The notes under the pieces: generated by a model
Database searches by the model: none
What the model saw: only the letters and a program-made list of their open reading frames with translations
Told to the model about the DNA's origin: nothing
Source: a virus
Taxonomy: Duplodnaviria > Caudoviricetes
Strand: one strand, 5' to 3'
Length of the DNA stretch: 39,404 bases
Virus record (IMG/VR): IMGVR_UViG_3300032295_002394
Location: 1 to 39,404 of that record
Made by a program: the position numbers and the translations under genes
Shown here: piece by piece, positions 34,356 to 39,404 of the stretch
Numbering within the stretch: position 1 is the stretch's first letter
Layout: the number at the start of each line of letters is the position of its first letter

Positions 34356-34622
34356 TTAAGCATTTTTTGCCATACAAGCGTCAAATCTTTCTTTTCTAAT
34401 AGCCCCTAAATCTGCACCTGCCGATGGTCTAATAGTCATCATAAATTCGTCTGCTTCTTTGTTACAAGCGTCAATTTTTGCTTGTGAGGGTGCTGAAGCA
34501 ACTGTGTCTGTCGAAGTTGTTGTTCCTGTTACTGAACCATCTTTTGATTTTTTCAAATAACCTGCTAAAAGATAGCCTCCCGCTACTCCTGCTACTACAA
34601 ATATTATATCTTTTGTCGTCAT
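34356..34622 (-). CDS. N-anchored protein, family E
   Basis: MTTKDII leader; CNKE..FDAC. Confidence 0.7.
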   Translation of the reverse strand: MTTKDIIFVVAGVAGGYLLAGYLKKSKDGSVTGTTTSTDTVASAPSQAKIDACNKEADEFMMTIRPSAGADLGAIRKERFDACMAKNA

Positions 34623-34642
34623 AATTATTATTTTTTTTTAAT

Positions 34643-35116
34643 TTAAAATGGGACTTTAGAAATTGCTTCCTCAATCCATTGTTTTTCTGTTATTTCCTGT
34701 GGTCTTGAATCGTGGTCATTATACCTTTTGAAATATTTTCCTTGCTCTTTTGACCAAGACCAAGTTGTTCCATTAAAAGAAACTGAACTTATAGGGCATT
34801 TTTTAGTAACTTCATTGCAATCATTTTTATAGGTTACAAATAAACCATTTCCATAATCTTTTGTAAAGTCAATTTTACCGCCTTTACAAGCACTCAAAAA
34901 ACCATTTTTTTGTTTCAATATAAATTCAGGAGTGCCTTTCAATGTTTTTTCTTTTTCCTGCCACATTTTTTCACAATCAAAGGTAATTTGATTATTTGAA
35001 TCTGTATTAACATCTGAAGATAATTGAGAGTTATTTTTTGTTTTATAAACATAACCAAACAAAATATAGCCTACAACTGCCCCTGTTCCTACTAATATTA
35101 AATCTTTAGTAGTCAT
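34643..35116 (-). CDS. N-anchored protein, family E, with extra domain
   Basis: MTTKDLI leader; CEKMW..FLSAC. Confidence 0.7.
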   Translation of the reverse strand: MTTKDLILVGTGAVVGYILFGYVYKTKNNSQLSSDVNTDSNNQITFDCEKMWQEKEKTLKGTPEFILKQKNGFLSACKGGKIDFTKDYGNGLFVTYKNDCNEVTKKCPISSVSFNGTTWSWSKEQGKYFKRYNDHDSRPQEITEKQWIEEAISKVPF

Positions 35117-35118
35117 AA

Positions 35119-35256
35119 TTATTTTGCCTTATAAACAGTTAAGCCTGTTTTAGTTTTTGATTCTACATACGTTTTACCATTGTAAGTAAATGATGCTGAT
35201 TTTTTCTTTTTGGCTTCCAACATTGCTTTGAAATACCCGTTTACCGCTTTTGCCAT
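35119..35256 (-). CDS. 45-aa basic protein (not in ORF track); DNA-binding/condensing candidate
   Basis: MAKAVNGYFKAMLEAKKKKSASFTYNGKTYVESKTKTGLTVYKAK. Confidence 0.7.
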   Translation of the reverse strand: MAKAVNGYFKAMLEAKKKKSASFTYNGKTYVESKTKTGLTVYKAK

Positions 35257-35261
35257 AATTT

Positions 35262-35444
35262 CTATTTTTTAAATAATTTTAATATTCTTTGAACGTTTTT
35301 TCCGTCATAAGGCACTTTGCCGTTTAACCAATCTTTTTTTGCTTCGCAACCGCAATCTTCAGTTACCGAATCTACAATTGCTTTAATTCCTGTAAATTTA
35401 GTAATTTTTTCTACGGTATCGCCTAATCCTCTGCTTTTTTCCAT
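35262..35444 (-). CDS. Small conserved-type phage protein (GLGDT..DCGC)
   Basis: SRGLGDTVEKITKFTGIK..DCGC..WLN pattern, recalled from aquatic phages; not verified. Confidence 0.7.
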   Translation of the reverse strand: MEKSRGLGDTVEKITKFTGIKAIVDSVTEDCGCEAKKDWLNGKVPYDGKNVQRILKLFKK

Positions 35445-35471
35445 AGTAATTTGTTGTTATTTTACTTGGTC

Positions 35472-35675
35472 TTATTTTGTGTAATCTTTATTAATTAAAT
35501 CATAGGTCATATAAGCAACTGTACCTGCGCCTAATACAACGCCTATTGCTACACTTCCTAAAACTGTTACTAAAGCCCCTTTGCCTATGCTATAACCTTT
35601 TGAATAAGAAAAAATAGCAAGACTTAAAGGTACAACCAATAAAACTACTGCTCCATTATTTGAATCCTTTGCCAT
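35472..35675 (-). CDS. Small two-TM membrane protein
   Basis: Two hydrophobic Gly-rich segments. Confidence 0.7.
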   Translation of the reverse strand: MAKDSNNGAVVLLVVPLSLAIFSYSKGYSIGKGALVTVLGSVAIGVVLGAGTVAYMTYDLINKDYTK

Positions 35676-35686
35676 AACCTTAATTA

Positions 35687-36013
35687 TTAAGTCGTTGAGT
35701 ATTTTTTACCCATTGCTTTTTTAACATTGTATTTTACTTCTTCTACGTCATCTACCAAATTAAGGAAATCATCGTTTGGTTTTTTCTCTTCGTTCAATTT
35801 AGCAATTGCTTTTCTGTAATATGTAATTCCATATATTGAAAATGCAATCAAAAGCCCGAATACAAGCAAACTCTTAAAATCCATTGGTTTTTGCGACCCC
35901 ATACTTTCAAATACATCATCGCCACCACCTGACGTTGCTACGGGTGCGGGTGCTACGGGTGCTACTGCTACGGGAGCGGGTGCTACGGGTGCTACTGCTA
36001 CTTCTGTTTCCAT
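35687..36013 (-). CDS. Membrane protein with VAVAPVAPAP tandem repeat
   Basis: 30-bp duplication at ~35937-36000; central TM. Confidence 0.7.
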   Translation of the reverse strand: METEVAVAPVAPAPVAVAPVAPAPVATSGGGDDVFESMGSQKPMDFKSLLVFGLLIAFSIYGITYYRKAIAKLNEEKKPNDDFLNLVDDVEEVKYNVKKAMGKKYSTT

Positions 36014-36019
36014 AATAAT

Positions 36020-36505
36020 TTATTTATTAAATTTTTTATATGCTAAATATCCTAAAACCAATACGCCAACTATTAGTAAATTGGTTTTGTTTTTTTGTAA
36101 AAATGACGAATCACTATTGTTTGATGTATTTTTTATTAATTTACCACTACTATCATAATTAATAGGAGTTGGAAAATCTATTTCATTATATTTTGTTACC
36201 GTAGAAGAATCGTCAACTTTTTGCAAAATACCTTTTGGGATTTGAAATGATAAATCATTGTTTATTTTTAAAATAATATCCCAATCCATCACATTACTAC
36301 CTATGTTAAAAGCAGATGATTCTGAATTTATTATATCTCCTGCCTTAAATGTAAATGATTTTGATTCAATTTGGTCAAACTTTTTATTTCCATCGCCCCA
36401 ACCTCTCGCATCTTCTTTAAATTTGATTGGAAAAGTAACAGTATGTGGTTTTAAAAATTTATATTTACCTGTACTTGGTTTTGGCGTTTGTATTTCCGAT
36501 ACCAT
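36020..36505 (-). CDS. C-anchored SH3-like (family C) protein
   Basis: KYKFLK..FTFKAGDII..FQIPKGILQKVDDSS; TM followed by AYKKFNK. Confidence 0.65.
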   Translation of the reverse strand: MVSEIQTPKPSTGKYKFLKPHTVTFPIKFKEDARGWGDGNKKFDQIESKSFTFKAGDIINSESSAFNIGSNVMDWDIILKINNDLSFQIPKGILQKVDDSSTVTKYNEIDFPTPINYDSSGKLIKNTSNNSDSSFLQKNKTNLLIVGVLVLGYLAYKKFNK

Positions 36506-36511
36506 AATATT

Positions 36512-36907
36512 TTATTTATTAAATTTTTTATAAGCAAAATACGCAACTACCAATCCTCCTAAAATTAGTAAGTGATTTTTGTGTTTTTTTAAAAAAGTTT
36601 CGCCTGAAGCATCTGTTGTTAAAGTTTGTTCAGTAACCACAATTTCAGGAACTTCAAATACTGATTTGCCATCGAATTTAGTACCATCTACTTTTGAGGC
36701 TTCTGAAGTAAAAATATTAACATTATATCGAGGAGTAGAGCCTGACTCAACGCCTGAATTAGTTGGTATTTTTTCTCCCTCAAAAACATCGCCTTTCTTA
36801 AAAGAATAACTTAACCTGAAATTAGCCATTTTCGGACTATTAGGTTCGTTACTTATAAAATTTGTGCCTTTAGCCTCGTAATCTTCTTTAAATATATATT
36901 TTGCCAT
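36512..36907 (-). CDS. C-anchored SH3-like (family C) protein
   Basis: KYIFKEDYEA..YSFKKGDVF..FEVPEIVV; anchor shared with 36020-36505. Confidence 0.65.
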   Translation of the reverse strand: MAKYIFKEDYEAKGTNFISNEPNSPKMANFRLSYSFKKGDVFEGEKIPTNSGVESGSTPRYNVNIFTSEASKVDGTKFDGKSVFEVPEIVVTEQTLTTDASGETFLKKHKNHLLILGGLVVAYFAYKKFNK

Positions 36908-36912
36908 AAACC

Positions 36913-37341
36913 CTATTTTTTATTTTTAAATGCTCTAACAATTAAAAATAGTCCCGCTAACGCTCCTATTCCTGCATAAATAACTTTATGGTCTTGTAAA
37001 TGCTGAACAAATTTATTTTTACTTGACTCTACTGCAACGGGTCTATTATCTTTAGGTTTTTTTCCTGAATTAATAACAACTTCGTCAAGAACAATATTAT
37101 CGTCTAATAATTTTATTTTTTTACCTTGAAGTTCTTTAGCCTTAAAAAATTGAGGCTTGTACCCAACGTATGATATTTTAAATTCTGAATCAGGTGTAAT
37201 TGAATTATCTTCTATAACAAAATTTCCGTCCAAGTCTGCTTCATCTGCCATTTTATTGGCAAATTCTCCTGATACAATAGTGACATTTGCTAAACCCATA
37301 GGCAACCCGTCAATATCTAAAACTTGTCCAAATATCTTCAT
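36913..37341 (-). CDS. CarboxypepD_reg-like (SusC N-terminal extension) domain with TonB-box-like LDEVVI and C-terminal TM
   Basis: IFGQVLD.DGLPMGLANVTI..ADLDGNFVI..KISYVGYKPQ..LDEVVI. Confidence 0.8.
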   Translation of the reverse strand: MKIFGQVLDIDGLPMGLANVTIVSGEFANKMADEADLDGNFVIEDNSITPDSEFKISYVGYKPQFFKAKELQGKKIKLLDDNIVLDEVVINSGKKPKDNRPVAVESSKNKFVQHLQDHKVIYAGIGALAGLFLIVRAFKNKK

Positions 37342-37526
37342 TATGCTTTTCCTCCTGTTATTCTTTTAATCGTGTAATAATTAACTATTGCACCTAATGT
37401 AAAAGACACAATGCCTACTACAACAAATATTGTAGATAAATGCTGATGTGTTTTAGCACTTTTATCTTTCTTATTTTGCTCATCAGATTGTGCGCCTGTT
37501 TGACTATTTTGAACTGCTCCTACCAT
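37341..37526 (-). CDS. Small membrane protein
   Basis: TM IFVVVGIVSFTLGAIVNYY. Confidence 0.7.
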   Translation of the reverse strand: MVGAVQNSQTGAQSDEQNKKDKSAKTHQHLSTIFVVVGIVSFTLGAIVNYYTIKRITGGKA

Positions 37527-38127
37527 AATAATAATATAATGAAATTCCTGCTATTATTGACAATATCCCTAATGCAATATAATTTTTGTATGCTTTTACT
37601 GCTAAACCAAAACTTCCGTCATTTAACCATTCTTTAGGAAGTTTTTCTAACATTGTTTTTTTAACTTCCCAAACTCTTAACTTTCCGTCTTTTACTTGTC
37701 GGAAAGCAGGGTTTGCATTGTATATTTTTTCTGCACTTAATCCACCGCCTTGAATAATCCAATCATCGGGCTTACCAATTGCGGGTGGGAAAAATACCGC
37801 AAAATAAGTATCAATATATGTTTTATATTTTCCTTTATAAAGGTTAAAATATTTCTCTACAAAATCTAACTGCTTAACTGCGGACATTTTTTGTAATTCC
37901 TCTTTAGTTGTTCCTAAAGTTTTTCTTGCACTTGCACCAAACTGAATTAAACCAACGTAACCCAAAGAGTTAGTAATTGACGGACTAAATGTACCTGCCG
38001 TTTCAAAGTGCATAATAGCCATTAACCAATTAGGGTCAACCCCTATTCTTGGTGCTATTTCTTTTACCTTTTCTATAAAAGGTGTCCTGATTGATGCAGG
38101 TACTTTATTTTCGTATATTAAAGCCAT
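37504..38127 (-). CDS. Lysozyme-like/lytic transglycosylase with C-terminal TM (virion entry enzyme candidate)
   Basis: WLMAIMHFET (catalytic Glu), GYVGLIQF, QLDFVEKYF; TM YIALGILSIIAGISLYYY. Confidence 0.8.
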   Translation of the reverse strand: MALIYENKVPASIRTPFIEKVKEIAPRIGVDPNWLMAIMHFETAGTFSPSITNSLGYVGLIQFGASARKTLGTTKEELQKMSAVKQLDFVEKYFNLYKGKYKTYIDTYFAVFFPPAIGKPDDWIIQGGGLSAEKIYNANPAFRQVKDGKLRVWEVKKTMLEKLPKEWLNDGSFGLAVKAYKNYIALGILSIIAGISLYYYYGRSSSK

Positions 38128-38421
38128 TTACCACAATATTTTATCCGCATACCAACCATTTGTTCCCGTTTTATGACGGTCTTTTTCGTGTCGTTGCTTG
38201 TATAATCTACGTCTTTCTTTGGCATATCCTTTTGGATAATACCCTTTTTTTTCTTTTTCTAAATAGGTAGGGTAATCATTCATACCCAAAGCCCCTATTG
38301 AAGCGACTTTTTTACCATTCTTAAAAACATCTATTTTTTTAAGCGGGTTGGTTGAGGGTTTTATTTCAACTCTCAAACTATCTGCTTTTGCTTTTGAATA
38401 TGGTAAAATCTTGTAAGCCAT
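38128..38421 (-). CDS. Basic protein resembling the DUF5754/Tlr6F-like family
   Basis: IGALGMNDYPTY..ERRRLYKQRHEKD..GWYADKILW pattern; family name from memory, unverified. Confidence 0.55.
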   Translation of the reverse strand: MAYKILPYSKAKADSLRVEIKPSTNPLKKIDVFKNGKKVASIGALGMNDYPTYLEKEKKGYYPKGYAKERRRLYKQRHEKDRHKTGTNGWYADKILW

Positions 38422-38422
38422 T

Positions 38423-38671
38423 TTAAACTCCCTCTCTATCTCCGAATCCTTTTACTGATTGCCAACCTTTTGGACAACCACTTCCCATAGTTGTTGCGTA
38501 TTGAACAGAACCGTCTTCATTTCTTTTAGCACACCATTTTTGAGTTGCTTTACCTGATTTCCCACTTGCGCTAAAAAAACCGTCTGAATTTCTCTTTGGT
38601 TTTTGTACATAAGCAACAATTGCAATCACACCAAGTAAGGCTAAACCACCAATTACATACTCTTTTTTCAT
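38423..38671 (-). CDS. Family D: TM leader, NSDGFFSASG, 2-Cys tail
   Basis: Conserved leader, variable tail. Confidence 0.8.
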   Translation of the reverse strand: MKKEYVIGGLALLGVIAIVAYVQKPKRNSDGFFSASGKSGKATQKWCAKRNEDGSVQYATTMGSGCPKGWQSVKGFGDREGV

Positions 38672-38689
38672 CTTATTTTGCTTTAAAGA

Positions 38690-38911
38690 TTAATTACCTA
38701 CCGTACTTGCTATTGCTCTATACCCCTCTTTACAATCCCTTGTATCAGACATATAAATTTGACCTCTTTCATTTCTGCAATAATACTTTTTTTTATCCTT
38801 TCCCATCGCATTAAAAAATCCGTCTGAATTTCTCTTTGGCTTTTGTACATAAGCAACAATTGCAATCACACCAAGTAAGGCTAAACCTCCAAATATATAT
38901 TCTGTTTTCAT
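38690..38911 (-). CDS. Family D: TM leader, NSDGFFNAMG, 2-Cys tail
   Basis: Leader nearly identical to 38423-38671. Confidence 0.8.
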   Translation of the reverse strand: MKTEYIFGGLALLGVIAIVAYVQKPKRNSDGFFNAMGKDKKKYYCRNERGQIYMSDTRDCKEGYRAIASTVGN

Positions 38912-38932
38912 ATTTTTTTATTTAGTAATTAA

Positions 38933-39067
38933 TTATTTAGCCCCACAACCACAACCACCTGTTGCGCTAAAAAAACCCTCTGAATTTTTCTTTGGTTTAT
39001 TGTAATAAGCAATTAATGCTATTACGCCTACAATTGCTAAACCTCCTATAATGTATTGCTTATTCAT
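38933..39067 (-). CDS. 44-aa family D member (not in ORF track)
   Basis: MNKQYIIGGLAIVGVIALIAYYNKPKKNSEGFFSATGGCGCGAK. Confidence 0.8.
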   Translation of the reverse strand: MNKQYIIGGLAIVGVIALIAYYNKPKKNSEGFFSATGGCGCGAK

Positions 39068-39072
39068 ATCTT

Positions 39073-39404
39073 TTATTTTTTTACACTTAAATTATTTTTA
39101 AACCACAAATCTAAAAACCCATTTACACCCAACATTTTTAATAAATAACCTCTGCTCTCTAAAGGTATTGTTTTGTTATTAAGTAATTGCTCTGTTGTCA
39201 ATTTACCTTTAACTTTGTTTCTCATAGAATAGTAACCTGCGTTATAAGAAACCATTACTTTATTTATACTTGCAACATCGCCGTCTTTGAACGCTTCTAA
39301 AAGCCATCTTAAAACCGCAGTACCTATTGCTATACTGAATTCAGAATTATTTTGTAATGCTCTGCGTATTTCACTTTTTACCGCCGAACTCGGCAAGGTA
39401 TTAG
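39073..39404 (-). CDS. C-terminal part of an SLT-type lytic transglycosylase (5' end outside window)
   Basis: SIAIGTAVLRWL, SYNAG and PLESRGYLLKM motifs; the frame stays open to the window end. Confidence 0.7.
   Translation of the reverse strand, partial: NTLPSSAVKSEIRRALQNNSEFSIAIGTAVLRWLLEAFKDGDVASINKVMVSYNAGYYSMRNKVKGKLTTEQLLNNKTIPLESRGYLLKMLGVNGFLDLWFKNNLSVKK

Noticed and set aside
4132-38814. Short plus-strand ORFs throughout the track (e.g. 7870-8364, 27237-27620, 28931-29293, 36258-36533)
   Set aside because: All overlap well-supported minus-strand genes and show no motifs.

Overview
This is an AT-rich, gap-free block of about 84 genes, all on the minus strand, which reads as the virion-morphogenesis and lysis region of a bacterial virus or provirus. 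The host is most likely Bacteroidota (Flavobacteria-like): TAnnTTTG promoter boxes precede operons, starts are A-rich with no Shine-Dalgarno, and one gene carries a SusC-type N-terminal domain. I recognise no terminase, portal, HK97 capsid or tail genes. Instead there is an FtsK/HerA (A32/P9-like) packaging ATPase (30467-31282) and a highly expressed, beta-rich 233-aa major capsid candidate with its own promoter and terminator (27783-28484). By my count about 68 of the genes encode small proteins with a terminal transmembrane anchor, many in paralogous families with swapped passenger domains: peptidoglycan-binding, SH3-like, lytic transglycosylase, LEA_2, CCA-type nucleotidyltransferase, SusC NTE/TonB-box mimic and Cys-rich mini-domains. 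A recurring motif, [FY]-x-x-[AM]-x-G (FSNADG, FFGASG, YFRASG, FENASG), is shared by the capsid candidate and at least 11 other proteins, and a soluble HExxH zinc protease sits among them, suggesting a proteolytic virion-maturation system. The window also holds a >1320-aa proline-free collagen-like fibre missed by the ORF track, a holin/M15 endolysin/spanin-like cassette, a VRR-NUC nuclease, a DnaA-domain-IV-like protein and a PAP2 phosphatase. Best interpretation (inference): a large tailless, lipid-containing, Varidnaviria-like virus of Bacteroidota with an unusually expanded membrane proteome. All family calls are by eye, without database searches.
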